Shown in pieces: positions 42,250 to 56,924 of a DNA stretch of 64,000 nucleotides (position 1 is its first letter; each line of letters begins with the position of its first letter). The notes below the pieces were generated by a model, which saw nothing but the letters and a program-made list of their open reading frames with translations, was not told the DNA's origin and did no database searches. A program made the position numbers and the translations under genes. Origin of the DNA: Octopus vulgaris (taxonomy: Eukaryota); NCBI GenBank assembly GCA_951406725.2, contig OX597814.1:210366001-210430000 (forward strand). The letters run 5' to 3'.

Positions 42250-44010
42250 AGGTTATTAAAGTACAGCGAAGGAATCCCTATTGCAGAAGTTACGATGGTT
42301 ACGTTTGGTACGGGTGAAAGTGATGGAAAAGTACAAGCGAGGTCGGGGTGCGAAAGGATCTGGAAAAGGGTGTTTTATGTGGGAAGAAGCAGCTATGAAT
42401 GAGGGAGTTGCAAATCTGAGCTACACTTGAGGAAGAATTGAATGGAAGGGAAAAGAAGCTGGCTGTGGCAGGGTCACACTGATGACAGGAGGAGTAAAGG
42501 ATGATGGTATGCTGTACGGGCAGGGTAGCTGGATGGTAGTTCAGACGATAGTAAATGCAATGTGTGGGATCCCAGATCCATGATGTAAAGGCTGAACAGC
42601 GACCAACGATAAGGAAACTGTTTAAAGCAGAATGGATAAGGGAGAGTGTGTAAATACGTCGAATAAAGACGCATGCCATTTGTTGAAACTACATTTTGAT
42701 GCTGTGGTTATTGCAGTAGAAATGCCGGAGACGGATGATCTGGGAATAGAAGAAGCGCTTGGCATAAGTGGCGTTCGAGTAGGAGAAAACAAATAGGAGT
42801 TGGAGTTGGAGTTTGCAGAAAAGGGAGGTGGAAAGTACGAGGCTAGTTTTGTTGATAGAGACAGTAATATCGAAAATGTTAAGAGAAGTATCAGAGATGG
42901 GAAACGTAAACTGGAGGGAGGTGTGAAAAGAACTCAGGCATATTTAACGAGAGTGCAGCTCTAGAGTGAGACTTGTGAACTGGGTGAATATCTGGGATTC
43001 CTCTTAGCCGACATAGCGTTGCTCTCTTTCCAATGGCTACTATAACAACTTGTTCATACATATAACCCACACAAAGGAAACAATTAAGTGTGAGCAGAAG
43101 TTCGTTTAAACGAAACAGAGTAGAGATTTTAGGACAGGGAGTAGAAAATAGGTGGAGGAAGTGCTTAAGAACTTGAACGTCATCACCATGAGGGATGGCG
43201 ATGTAAAGAGGGGTGATATCCATGGTGAAACTGAGGCGGGATGAGAAGGAAGGAAAAGGAAAGGCGTACTGTAGATAATGTTTGGTTTAATACATGTGGG
43301 AGAGGCAATCAGCAGCCAGGTGTCATGGAGTGTATCTGCCTGTAAGTGAAGAAATGAATTCAGTGAGGGTGATTACAAGCAGAGATAAATGTGTAGCCAA
43401 AGTTTTCGAATTTGTTAGCCCTGAGCAGTTTGTAAATGTAGGGGTGCGAAGGATGTGGACGAGCTACGAGGTAGGAGTCAGAGGAAGAAAGAGGGAAGAG
43501 GAAACAAGATGATGAGGGTAATGAAACAAAGTGTCAGTTGCAAGGTTGTGGTTAAATGACACTAGAATATATATTTCTTTACTACACACAAGGGGCTAAA
43601 CATAGAGGGGACAAACAAGGACAGACAAAGGGATTAAGTCGATTACATCGAACCCAGTTTGTAACTGGTACTTAATTTATCGACCCCGGAAGGATGAAAG
43701 GCAAAGTCGACCTCGGCGGAATTTGAACTCGGAACGTAACGGCAGACGAAATACGGCAACGCATTTCGCCCGGCGTGCTAACGTTTCTGCCAGCTCGCCG
43801 CCTTCTGACACTAGAATATAGATGATGTCTTTCCGAAGCTAATGCATAGTTTCGTTTTATAGATTTCGGGCACCAACACCAACATAACGCCGCCTTTATC
43901 TCCCGGTCTGATGACGATGAAATCGGAGCGATAATTGACAGGAGATTGTCCAGTTCTGCCCGGGGGATTTTCATACGGTGCAAAGATTTTCGGAAGTCGA
44001 AGTAGATACC
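42250..44010 (-). mobile_element. Penelope-like reverse transcriptase pseudogene interrupted by a SINE
   Basis: IVIRPGDKGG near 43890 (the PADKG motif), MDITPLYIAIPH..LFRLNELLLTLNCF..YEQVVIVAIG (DxxSLYTxIP / YxQxxGVAMG), FDITVSI, FYSQIIRLR. Confidence 0.8.
43572..43805 (-). mobile_element. SINE family B, full length, with a 15-bp TSD
   Basis: Homologous to 12651-12882; tgacactagaatata is duplicated at 43557-43571 and 43806-43820. Confidence 0.93.
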
Positions 44011-44084
44011 TGTCTGTATCTAACTATGCCGCGAAGCATTCTCCCCAACATACGAATGATTCCGCCAGCTGGCCGCCTACTCAC

Positions 44085-44137
<53 letters not shown>

Positions 44138-45124
44138 TAGTTAGATAGTTAGATACAGACAGGTATCGGTAATTAGATACATAAGGCTGAATTGTTCAAG
44201 TCCAGTGCCTACTGCGATGGTCAGCGATGCAAATTGGTGAAGTAATTGGAGGCATTGAGTCCAGGATGAGTCTCACTGTATATATGTAAAATACGGAGAA
44301 AAGCAGGTGGGAAGGAGAAGAGTGTTGGTGATGTTGGTAGTAGTCACGGTGATGAAGAAGGCGGCGACGGTGAAGGCGTTGACGGTGGAGGCGAAGGGGA
44401 CGGTGTTTTGGGGGTGGGAATAAATAGTTAAAATGTGCAGTGGCTTCTGGTCACTAGCGGCTGCGCAAGGAGCAGCGAATAGGAAAAATCTGAAGTTCGC
44501 TAAATCGTTAAAGTATACTCTGAAGATAATGAACACAAATAAATGAAGAAAATACGGGACGGAAAAGTTTTATCAAATGGATTAATTTATCACTCAAACG
44601 GAAGGCGAAGCATTCTAATCTGCCGCACACTGATCCTTCATTAGAAGAACTACTGAAAATAAAAATAAACGAATAGAGAAATTGCTCGGGGTAAGATACG
44701 AGATATGGAGATAATATTTAAAAGAGCCGAAAGTGTACTGAACCTCAATCCATGGAATTCATCAGGCAATAAATCTATGAAATATTTATAGTAAAATAAT
44801 TGTAAACATAAATTATTGCTTTATCTCAAAGGGAATAGGTTTTTTATTATCAGTGATAAAAACAACTACTGCAGTATAACGTTTCCTGTAACTGAGGGCA
44901 CAATGAATAATGAGAAAACATAGATATTAGTACCCTGCCCTGTAGCCCGTGCACCGAAGTTCTGTATACGTTATCAATTGAATTGTTATCATTGAATTCT
45001 GTATACGTTATCAATTGAATCAATATGAAATAGCCACATCGAAGCCGAATCTTTTGAAAGTTGTAATTCGTTCACACATATAAAATTATACGTTGTAAAT
45101 GAATCTTGAATAAAATATTCTAAT

Positions 45125-45245
45125 ATCTATGACCATCTTTCTTTAATTCCCTGAGCGTCTGCTAATACTTCGCATGTACCACGTACTCGCGTTGTTGTCT
45201 TTTCTTGTTTTGTTCTTCGTTTTTTAGGGGATTTATGATATATGT
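45125..45245 (+). mobile_element. Short repeat related to 3636-3790 and 62276-62500
   Basis: cctgagcgt...ctaatac...T-rich segment ending at (TA)n. Confidence 0.45.
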
Positions 45246-45334
45246 ATATATATATATATATATATAAACTTTGATATGTTTCGACCAAAGAGTGGTCCAG
45301 GCCATGTCTAACTTAATAGCACCACCTGATAGGA

Positions 45335-45545
45335 TTATTCGAATGCTGTATGGGGAGACCACAGTGGGCAGCAATATTCGAGGTGTGGCCGTACAAAGGA
45401 GGAGAAAAGTGGTATGATGGCACCTTGTTCTCTGGACCGGAAAGTTCTTAAGATCCAGGAACTCATCATACGAGCTATATCGACCTTCTTGTTGATGTGT
45501 GCACGCCAACTGAGATCGTCATCAACAATTACACCCATGTCTCTG
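45335..45545 (-). mobile_element. CR1-group LINE RT C-terminal fragment
   Basis: RDMGVIVDDDLSWRAHINKKVDIARMMSSWILRTFRSRE...LFSSFVRPHLEYCCPLWSPH. Confidence 0.9.
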
Positions 45546-45554
45546 ATATATATA

Positions 45555-45627
<73 letters not shown>

Positions 45628-47959
45628 TATATAGCGGGACATTCTCTTCTTTATGCACATACCTAATGTGATACAAAATACACAGATTTATGCAAAATAA
45701 TTAGATGCGCAAAATCCTACCCGTAATGAGCACTTGCCGGATGGATCGAACCGATCTTCGTATCGAATATAGACTAGAGCTAAATCACTCTTACGCTTCA
45801 TTCATCAATTATTTTTCCTATGTCAACTAACACTGTGGGATTCCTGACGCAGATCCAGAAGAAATATACCCCCAACAGGTAACCCAAACTCTGAACGTGT
45901 TTTACTCAACACACTGATTCAAATTCACCTATTAGACCCAAATCGCAGACATACGCACACACACACACACATATAAAAAATGAGTTATAAAATTAAAGCT
46001 TGCGACGAAGATGGTTTTTGAGCTGGTGTCGGATATAATTGGAATGGACATGTAGAATATATATGGCTCTCTCGTTATCGTTTTCTAATTTCCAAATAAT
46101 AGGTAAAGTCGCAAATATGATGTAACATAACTTATTTTTGAATGAATCAGCCGAGATAGCATGATCATATATTTATAAATGGCAACACTAAAAGATCCCC
46201 GCAAGCAGACGTTGAACTATAACTTGGTTTTGCTTTTCTGCTAGAACTAGAATTTTATGAAGCTATTTTATCCGCTTCAATCTACAGGATATAGTTTCAA
46301 TAAGAAACATGAATACTGGTTCTATTAGTAATATTTAACCAAAATGTTTAGACAATCTATTGTCAGAATGTACAATTTACTTGTTAACTTCTGCATTTTA
46401 TGGTTTAGGTATGTAATTTTTAGTGAATTTTACTTTACGAACTCGGTTACTGCACCAGTCATGCAGAAGAAAGCAGAGTATTGTGAAAAACAATGTGTTC
46501 AAAAATTACCGTTAATGAATCAGGCATAACTGTTATGATGATCCATTCAATATTCATCATTAAAAAAGAAATCAATCTTTTTGTCACTGATAAATATTAC
46601 TTTATTATTTAGTTATAGCATGTGATATTGTAAACGTTCTCATTAATCTAAGCAGACTAAATTTGAGGTCAGGAAAACTTGAAAATTTCTCTATATTTTT
46701 AATCAGTATTGTTTAAACATTTGTCAGTTCAACATATAGAGGAAAATTATCGTTATATAATTTAAATATTTATTTTGCAGTTATACACACACAAACACAC
46801 ACGCGCAAATAAAGCATCTATTTCCTTGTCGCTTAAAAGCAATGCAGTTTTTAAAGTAAATGAAGAAAACTTCTTTTTAAAAAAATATGCAGAAGGAAGT
46901 AGTTAATTTCATAAAAGAAATGTAATGAAGTGTGCAGAAGGAAGTATGTTCAAGGGACAAGTTTTGTGAAGAATGATATGGGTCTGAAGATGACGATTTT
47001 AAATACACTGCCACATATCTTACTTATAATGGTCATGATACAGAAAAGGACAAGGTCATAGGATGAAAAATTTACTTACTCCTCAAAATTGAATAAAACA
47101 AATTGAATCGGATGATAGACGACTCAATTCCTTACGATAAATCAACGAACCCTATCTTTTCAATTCGCTGCATCTCAAGCAGTAGTATAAAATATTAACA
47201 GTGCTTGGTTTTTCAATGTACGAACACATTTCTGAAATAAGGATATTTATCATCATACGATGTCCACCCGTGACCTGTATTTTCTGGAAGCAACAGTATT
47301 TCGTCCAATCGATTGTAAAAGAAATACTACACAGAATAAATTGTTGTCTCCTTGTATATCTTAAAATAGTACAGTTGCTTATGAAGAAGAAACAAAAACG
47401 GACGCACAGGAAGAGAAATTTACTTGGCAAACGGTATTCGGAATTGATTCCAGTTTTCTTTAAGAAAGCAAGCAGTGGAAAAATAATACCAAATATTTTC
47501 CTTCCAGCAGCACAAACGCCAATCTATTATGTTATGAAGAGTCGTGTGATGGCAAAACTGTCGCAATAACAATTGCAGTTTGAAAAATTGAAGAACGGTG
47601 CATTAAAGGTTATCTCTTTTATGTGCCTAGAAGTGAATGTATTGTTACTTTTCCAACGGAACAGTTAATATGAACCAAAATTACTTTTATTTGTTGTTGC
47701 TTAGTTAGGAGGGTTTGGCAGTGTCCTTTTGTTTGGCCTTTGAAGTCCGTCTGAACCCTTTGTTCTGAGCCGGAGGCTCATTTTAAGACACTGCAATTAG
47801 AACACTTGTAGGAAAGACGTGAGCTGCGAAGAAATTCCACAGACGTGTTCTGGAGAGAACGTAATGGCTCTATACACAAATACATACACACACACATGTA
47901 TGTATGTATATGTGAGTGTATGTATGTATGCAATCATGTATGCATGGTTGTAGGTTATG

Positions 47960-48340
47960 CACAACATAAACGACGTGTCGTACACAACTTCTGAATGGAA
48001 CAAATGCCATTGTGTGAAGCTATAAAGAAGGCAGCAAGAGGAGACAAAACACATGTTTCACAGGGAAACGAGGCTGTATGTGAAGTTATTTGCAACCAAG
48101 CAATCGGTTGTAAGTACTCGTAAGATATAATCAAGGAGCTCACTGTGATGTTCTGCAGCACTAAGTTTTCCAAGCCTCACTCAAAGATAACAGTGTCAGC
48201 TATTTTGGTGCTTTTGCTCAAAGTGAAAATATATTCTGGGTTCGAATGGAATCACCAGATGTAGGGATGCAGTCCTACATATGTATCTTTCAAGGTACAA
48301 ACCTTCAGTGACAGCAAGACGCAGCATTTAGGAGAAACGG
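47960..48340 (+). mobile_element. Possible highly decayed piggyBac-like transposase fragment
   Basis: Weak resemblance only (QMPLCEAIKKAARG; RDAVLHMYLSRYK); no TIR or TTAA site established. Confidence 0.25.
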
Positions 48341-48876
48341 GGAGTTCCTTGCCTGGAAGCGGCATATAGTTTATGGTAAAAATAAAAAGTTTTCCAACAA
48401 ATTTTTAGTGTATAAAAAGAAAATATTTGCATGTAACCAAGGCATGCTGGTATGTAATGATGTTTTTTGGGCCTGGATATTGCATGGTTAGCAAAAGTTA
48501 AGTTTGAAGTGTCTTTTTATTGGTGTTTGAGTTGACAACATTGTACGGGATCCCGAGTAGGTAATTGTTTTATAGGAGGGAGAAGCCAGGAGAAAACACC
48601 AAACCTCAAGACACAGTTGAATTGATGATGAATGAAAAAATCTCACACATGAAATGACGCGAGGACGCAATGAGTCCAGAGTAAATCGATTTGTAAAAAG
48701 ATAGGTTGACAGAGCACGTAAGCGGGAAATTTGTATAAATTATTTCTATGTCAGACGCGATTGAAGAGGTTACATGTGCGTAGGTCAGCCGCATTGCTTA
48801 CATTTAGTGAGGCGTTGCACCCATATAAGAAAAACATAGAAATACCATCATAAGTACGGAACAAATATCGAAAAAT

Positions 48877-49033
48877 TGCGTATGTTTTTGTATTCTTGCT
48901 TGTCCTCCCACCACCGCTTGACACCCAGTGTTGGGCTGTTTACGTCTATGTAACTTATCGATTCGGTAAAGATGATCGATAGAACATGTACCAAGCATAA
49001 AAGAAGTACTTGAGTTGATCGTTCGACTAAAAT
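48877..49033 (+). mobile_element. SINE family A, 3' fragment
   Basis: ccaccaccgcttgaca..cagtgttgg..tttacgtc...gatcgatagaaca. Confidence 0.75.
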
Positions 49034-49510
49034 GCATATGTAAATTGTTGTTTACATTGAGAATCCGGAGCTACCAAAAAAGTGAACATTTCCTGCAATG
49101 ACCAGAAAAACGAATATCATACAATTAGCCTAAAATAATATTCTTACAGATAGACATTAATATATTCGCAAGACACGTGGTTCTCCTTCCGTAGATGGAA
49201 TATAGATGAACTTCTGAAAGCCTGTGACCTAAAATCTCCATGTGGAAGAGTACAGTCTCTAAAGAATGAAGAATGAACTATTCATTTTACGGAGCAAGGT
49301 AATGTGAAATTCAGACATAGCGTCTCTTTTATTAACGCCTAAAGAGTTATGAGGGCTTAATTTCTATCTTCAAACACGAGATTCTCCAAGACGAATACAA
49401 GCACACACATACGTACACATGTATATATGAATGTGTGTGTATATATATATATATGTGTGTATGTGTGTGTGTCTGCGCATGTGTATATATGTGTACACAT
49501 ATATATGTAA

Positions 49511-49606
<96 letters not shown>

Positions 49607-51612
49607 AAATATGTATATGTATGAGGCACAGATTCACTTCATAGAACCCAAGGTTATGAAGATCAATCACCACACCATCTCACATAATAAAGTTCTGATT
49701 AGCTGTTTGCAAAATCTGAGAATTTTCCCGATATTTTCAAAATGGGATGTGATTAGTTAATTCTTTTTTTATTTTGAAATGCGAAAATTATGAGGAATAT
49801 ATTAAGACGTGTTATTGGAGATTCCCTCATAAATCATCATTTGAGAGATACTCGGTCTATGGAATCTTTGGATTGCAATGATTATTTCCCGAAATTTATA
49901 AGTTGCTTTCAGACCCCCGCTATCATTGATGACAACCGGTCTTTCCAATCAAGGATTTTAAAAACAATATTAGAATTGTAAACAAATAAGACGTATTCTC
50001 TTCAACATGTTATTTCAATGGTGCAGATTGCTTTGGTAAAGAACGTTGTAATTTTATGTGGAAAGCTTTTCGCAAGTGAACAGGAAAAACTTTGTCACTG
50101 ATGATGAAAAGCACGGGCAGAAGTATTTTGTTGTAAGTTATTTAAATAACAAAATTGCAAAATAGGAAAAAAATGTTGATGCAAAAAATCCAGTCCTGCA
50201 TTTTAATATTTTCTACTTGATTCTTCATATCAAATAGAACATTCAATCTATCTTTCAGTTCCTAAGTTTCTTTTGTCTCATCTTGAAGTGATTATTATTT
50301 TTGAAATAGCATATAGAATGATATATAGAATATTGAGTAATGGAATTTGATTTATTACTATTGTGATATAGTTAATTATGCATAAAATTATGCAGAAGAG
50401 AGATTAAAACGAAAATTGTAAAATTATTTGTAGGTAACCTTTGTGTTAAAGACTTAAGGGCGAATGACACTGAAATTTTGTTCCTTGATACTTTGAATTA
50501 AAATATGAAAGCGTTCTTCTTTTGTAAACTAGCATAAACGCAAATACACAAACACTAACACACCACTAAAACCTTTTAAAATACAGATGCATGCAAAAAC
50601 ATGCGCAAACATAATCACAGCCACCTTCAACATGCATACACACATTTCAAAATATATATATAGACAAACACATACATTAGATTTACACTCACATAGAATG
50701 TGAGCCACATAGAGTCACATACAATGTGCAAATTTACACAAAACATCCATTAAATTTGCACTCCCACAGAGTGTAAATTTAATATGTATATTAAATTTAA
50801 TATGTATTTGCATATATTTATGCTATTATGCGGTTCAATTTTAAAGCAACGGTTTTTCCTTGTTTGTTAAAGATACTGCAAAAATATAAAGAAGAAAGAA
50901 ACTAGCGTGGATGTGATGTTCACTGTACTACAATATAAACCAGAAGTGGAATATGTCTAATCGTAGTTTTATGTATCATGTTATGTACACGCTAATCCTA
51001 TAGATGTATTTAAAATTACTTACTTAAATCGTATTGAAGAGGTATGTTAGAAAATCAGTACAAGTCATTCTAAATGTATGATTTGCAAAAATGAAATTTA
51101 AATAAAAATATACTCTCATTTATTTTGAAAGTTGGCCAAAATGTTTCATGAATTATATTACTTGAAAATATAATTATATGAGACAGATAGGTATCTTTAT
51201 GTTTGGAGAAACTCTACACAAACACAATGCGCATATCTCTAATAGAAAGGAAGTCTCCGTTTATATTTATGAAGCAAAGGATTTATTCAGTTTAATAGGG
51301 CAAAGCACATTTAGAAAGTGAAATTTTTAAAATGTATTACAAGGAAAATGATATAAGGTAGCGAAAGGAATCAAACACAGCATTTTGGTGTCAATCCATT
51401 GTTCTTACTCGAAATTGAATATCAATATATATATATATAGTAATATATATCAATATATATATAGTAATGACGCTTTTCTCGTGATAGCCCTAAATACATA
51501 TGGGCACACACCATATTTATATTTATATATAGGAGCATATGTTCATGTTTAGATGTTGCAATATACCAAATATGGCTATGTGAAAACACACACACACACA
51601 CATATATAAATA

Positions 51613-51850
51613 TACTCTTTTACTCTTTTACTCTTTTACTTGTTTCAGTCATTTGACTGCGGCCATGCTGGAGCACCGCCTTTAGTCGAGCAAGTCGACC
51701 CCGGGACTTATTCTTTGTAAGCCCAGTACTTATTCTATCGGTCTCTTTCGCCGAACCGCTAAGTGACGGGGACGTAAACACACCAGCATCGGTTGTCAAG
51801 CAATGCTAGGGGGACAAACACAGACACACAAACATATACACACACACACT
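51613..51850 (-). mobile_element. SINE family A, 3' half, young
   Basis: Closely similar to 55573-55800. Confidence 0.92.
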
Positions 51851-51934
51851 TATATATATATATATATGTAATTATATATAAACACACGTGTATATTTATG
51901 CTGTATGTGTAAATATTTGTGAATGCGTGTGTAG

Positions 51935-52340
51935 GCTTAGGCGTTACTGTGTGGTAAGAAGCTTTGTTCCCACCCACATGGTTCCAGATTCAGACCCACT
52001 GCGTGATACCTTGGGCAAGTATCTTCTACTCTAGCTTCAGGTCGATCGAAGCGTTGTGAATGCATTTGGCTGACAAACATTAAAGGGAGCCTGTCTTGTA
52101 TACATATGTGTACATATTTATATGCGTGTGTCTTTGTATCTGTGTTTGTCTTCCCACCACCGCTTGACAACCAGTGTTGGTGTGTTTACGTCTCCGTAAC
52201 CTATCGGTTCGGTAAAGACGATCGATAGAACAACTACCAGGTATAAAAGAAGTACTTGAGTCGATCGTTTGACTAAAATACTTTAAGGCTGTGTCCCAGT
52301 ATTTCAACAGTCTAATGACTGAAACAAGTAAAATATAAAA
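51935..52340 (+). mobile_element. SINE family A, full length, old
   Basis: ctgtgtggtaagaagc..ccacatggttcc..ccttgggcaagt..aatgactgaaacaagtaaaa. Confidence 0.85.
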
Positions 52341-52799
52341 GATAACATATATATTTACAGTTTCACATACACGCACTTACTAATTTGTAAACAAAGAAAT
52401 ATGGAGACATATATATATAATGCAGTTATACGATGATTTGTTATAGGTCAAATAAGGAAGGTATATTTTAATGCATATTCTAGAGCGTATACTTACTTGA
52501 AATAATTTTCTTTCTTGGAACTGGAATGATATCCTATGTATATACGCATTCACATACATATACAGTTGCACACTTCACACTCACAGACACACTCACATGT
52601 ATGTATATTAAAAAAAAAGATGACAGCGATACGTTAAGGTGATCTGGTGTTTATGCCACGTCACTGATGAGGTGCGATGTATGATTGAATAGTGTTATGT
52701 AATTATCTGGGAATTTATTGAAACACATGCATGCCCTAAAGCTTTGAATACCACATCTGTATTCTGCTCATCTTTTGGCTCTATATATGTAACCAGGAG

Positions 52800-52930
52800 G
52801 GTTACAGTGCTGAGAAAAATGTTTATAGGTATTTCGTATGTCTTCGTGTTCTGAGTTCAAATTCTCCCGAGAACGACCTTGATTTTCTTCATTTAGGGAC
52901 TGATAAAATAAGTAACACTTGAAAACTGGA
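52800..52930 (+). mobile_element. SINE family B, degenerate
   Basis: ggtatttcgt..gttctgagttcaaattc..gataaaataagta. Confidence 0.55.
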
Positions 52931-54181
52931 GCCTATATGTCATACACCTTTTGGGTCTCATACGTAATTATACTGGAATGTTTCCCATGAATCTCGTATG
53001 CAGTTCAACGTAATCTTTTGTATTGTTTAAAATATGTGTTATTACTTTATCTAATTAGTTTATATATTGATATTAATTATGCCCTATTATCAGTTAATTA
53101 TGTATTTCTCTGCACTAAACGCATATCACCAGTAAGGTGGGTGAATTCGTGTCATGCATTATAAGTATATCATAACTTAATGTAAAAAGAAAAGCATAAC
53201 TTCAGTATGACAAAAGGGAAGTGGTAAATAGGAGAAAAATAAAAGAATATCATAATTGAGAAGAAAGTGAGGAAAAGTATAGGGAAAAATAATGAAAGAA
53301 TTGTTAATAAATGCTATTAATTACAACTGATAGTTTGAAACAAACAAGGATAGCCAATAAGCATGGTCATTAAGGAGAGATCCAATCCGTCAGAAATCGA
53401 GCAAGAAAGAGTGAGAAATTATAGACACTATATGAGTTGTTAGTGAAGCGTGTGAAAGTCGCAGAAAAAGACAGATCGGGTATTTAGACACATTATAAAG
53501 ATCTGGTAAAAATAAAACGGACACGATTCAAATTCGAAATATATAAGGACATGAGAAAATATATTTGTGGATATTATTTTGTGACAGGTGTGATAAATTT
53601 GAAAACAATACGTAAGAAAATGAAATTTAATATAACAACTGCGAATCTATGTCTTTTATACTGGTGGATAAATGTTCATAAAAGATGGCGTGATAAAATC
53701 GAAATGTCCTTTAAAAAATTATATAAAAATCAAATGCATAGTTTGGAAGGAAGCAGTTCAAGTTCAGAATTACAAAACGTACCTAAATGCATCAAACATA
53801 TTCGGAGCTATGTTAAAAACAGTAGTAACAAGTGTTAACATAATAATATATTTATCTGTATGTGATGAAGGTAAAATATCAAAACGTAACATACAAGAAA
53901 GCGAAGCGTCTCTCTTCGTATCTTAAAAAATGCTGTGTTAGAAATAATAAAAGAACGCTCTTCCCTAACATAGTAGTGTTAGGGGTTAACTGACTCGTCA
54001 TATATGAGCGTAGATAGGCCTGCAGGTATTTGTACTTGTTATAGAACTATGTATGTGTGTGTGTCTGATCTCATTTCTCGTTCACAGAGCCCTAGTACTT
54101 TCCTCCTTTATGTGCGTCCGGTGGTGTATTTTGTGTATTACTGCACACATGCAAACACACACAACATTATACATAGACACA

Positions 54182-54394
54182 TTGGTTTCAAAATTTGGCA
54201 CAATGTTAGCAGTTTTGGGAGAAGGCGCCAAGTTGATCACATCGACTCCAGTGCTCAACTGGTACTCATTTGATCGACCCCGAAATGATGAAAGGCAATT
54301 TTAGCCTTGGCAGAATTTGAACTCAGAACGAAGAGACGGAAGAAATGCCGCTAAGCATCTGCCCAGCGTGCTACCGTTTCTGCCAGTTCGCCTT
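54182..54394 (-). mobile_element. SINE family B variant
   Basis: atcgaccccgaaa.gatgaaaggc..gaatttgaactcagaacg..tttctgccagttcgcctt. Confidence 0.8.
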
Positions 54395-54709
54395 AATTAC
54401 CTGTAGACACTTTACGTGGACAAATATACACTGACACAAAATATGCCAAATGCACTCCAACAAAATACACCAAATGACATCTCGAACAACCCACTCAAGC
54501 CTACTATAATCAAAGGACAACCATCCAGCAAAATGAATAGCCAGACAATTACTGGGAAAAAACGCAAGAAAGACTTACTGTAACCATTCTTCTCAGAAAA
54601 GTGAAAAGGGAAACCATCAAGCAGTGAAATAATTTCTTTTTCTCTTATACTGAAACTAGCAATTACTATTATTATATATTATCATATATTTGTGTTGTAA
54701 TATTTATGG

Positions 54710-55148
<439 letters not shown>

Positions 55149-55572
55149 AATGTGATTGCTGAGAAATAACAAGAAAATTATATTGATTGCCATCTGTAAT
55201 ATATTCTTGTTGATGACATCGGAACAATTGCCATTCATTGAATGAATGTGAAAAGGAATTGCTCTGAATTATATGACGGCCAATAGAATTCCGATTTGGA
55301 TATAGTCGTTCCCAAAACACCTGAAATTTGCCATTTATCTCTTTTTGGTTTTTAAATGTCTATCTTATCTCTGCAGTTCATGAGACACTAGGCTACACAA
55401 TATTTTTTTAATTGATATAGGATAACCCATAGGGTGCACTACATATCAATTATGCAAAATATTTTGCGGATAAAATAAAACAAATATATCAAATTTTATT
55501 CGTTATAAAGACTGCATTATATAGGATTAATGTTATAAATACAAAATAATGGAATGTGTAATCATATATATA

Positions 55573-55798
55573 TACTCGTTTACTCTTTACTCTTTTACTT
55601 GTTTCAGTCATTTGACTGCGGCCATGCTGGAGCACCGCTTTTAGTCGGGCAAATCGACTCCTGGACTTATTCTTTGTAAGCCCAGTACTTATTCTGTCGG
55701 TCTCTTTTGCCGAACCGCTAAGTGACGGGGACGTAAACACACCAGCATCGGTTGTCAAGCAATGATAGGGGGGCAAATACAGACACACAAACACACAC

Positions 55799-55856
<58 letters not shown>

Positions 55857-56016
55857 GATAGGCTTCTTTCAGTTTCCGTCTACCAAATCTACTCACAAGG
55901 CATTGGTCGGCCCGGGTTTATAGTAGAAGACACCTGTCTAAGATGCCACGCAGTGTGACTGAACACGGAACCATGTGGTTTGTTAGCAAGCTACTTACCA
56001 CACAGCCACTCCTGCG

Positions 56017-56018
<2 letters not shown>
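55573..56018 (-). mobile_element. SINE family A, full length
   Basis: Reverse complement of 27424-27832 along its whole length. Confidence 0.93.
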
Positions 56019-56071
<53 letters not shown>

Positions 56072-56196
56072 CTGAAGATTGAAGGCTTCGAGTGTCCCGT
56101 CGGTTTTTTTGTATCGTCTTCTAAATGTTTTGCGTTCTTTTCCCAGTTTGTGTTTTTTTTTACATTTATCCTATATATATATATATATATATATAT

Positions 56197-56832
56197 AGGG
56201 TGGGTGAATAAATTGTCGTCGAAATTACGCAAAAACTGAAAATAACACTGACATCTCATTTTAACAGATACATTTATTATAATTAAATAAAAATATCTTG
56301 AAATACCAAAGAGTAAGTTTATTCAATAAAATCCCTATCAAAACCAACCACGGCCTCCATAAAAGTTCGAAATCCCCTGTAACCGTTGTGGACGATGTCT
56401 TTGTTTAAGCTGGTGAATGCTGCCGTAATCCTTTCCTCCACCTCATCTCTGGTGTTTCAAGGAGTTTTGTTGACCTCGCACTCAACTGCGCCCCACACAT
56501 AACAATCAATTTTATCTCAGGGGTGGTGTGGTCACAGAAATTGTGCAAGCCGCCGTACCTTCGTAATCACCAACTCTTTCCGAATCCTCTGCACTTTCTT
56601 CAAACTCAAACACTCTGAAATATTCGTATTGGAGTTTCCTGCGCGAATACCAAGCAGTACAGTAAGTCGTTTCCACATTTCTGGCTGAGAAAACCGTGTT
56701 ATGGTGCTGTTTTTCTCGCAGACGGTGCCCAACTGACCTTACATTATTGCTTAGTAGAAAAATCAAAGAGAATCAGTGCACGTATGGGAAATTAAAAGTA
56801 TAAGATGGCGACAACCTACCCATCGCAACCTG
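56197..56832 (-). mobile_element. Internally deleted maT/DD37D-like Tc1/mariner element
   Basis: Degenerate TIRs (agggtgggtgaataaattgtcgtc / ggcgacaacctacccatcgcaacctg) in TA context. N-terminal WKRLTVLLGIRAG..ISECL..VQRIRKEL is joined to C-terminal DCYVWGAVECEVNKTP..ITAAFTSLNKD..EAVV..DFIE*. Confidence 0.78.
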
Positions 56833-56924
56833 CATATATAGAGATATGTATGTACGTATGCATGCATGTATGTATATACATATAGCTTCGCTAACTGAGT
56901 GCTAGAGTACTCTTGTACCGAGGA

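Noticed and set aside
43905-43930. CTGATGA cgat GAAA hammerhead-like string
   Set aside because: No stem II, III or I pairing; lies inside the PLE RT coding remnant
47201-47569. 122-aa non-repetitive ORF
   Set aside because: No recognisable motif or clear splice context; consistent with chance or decayed transposon sequence
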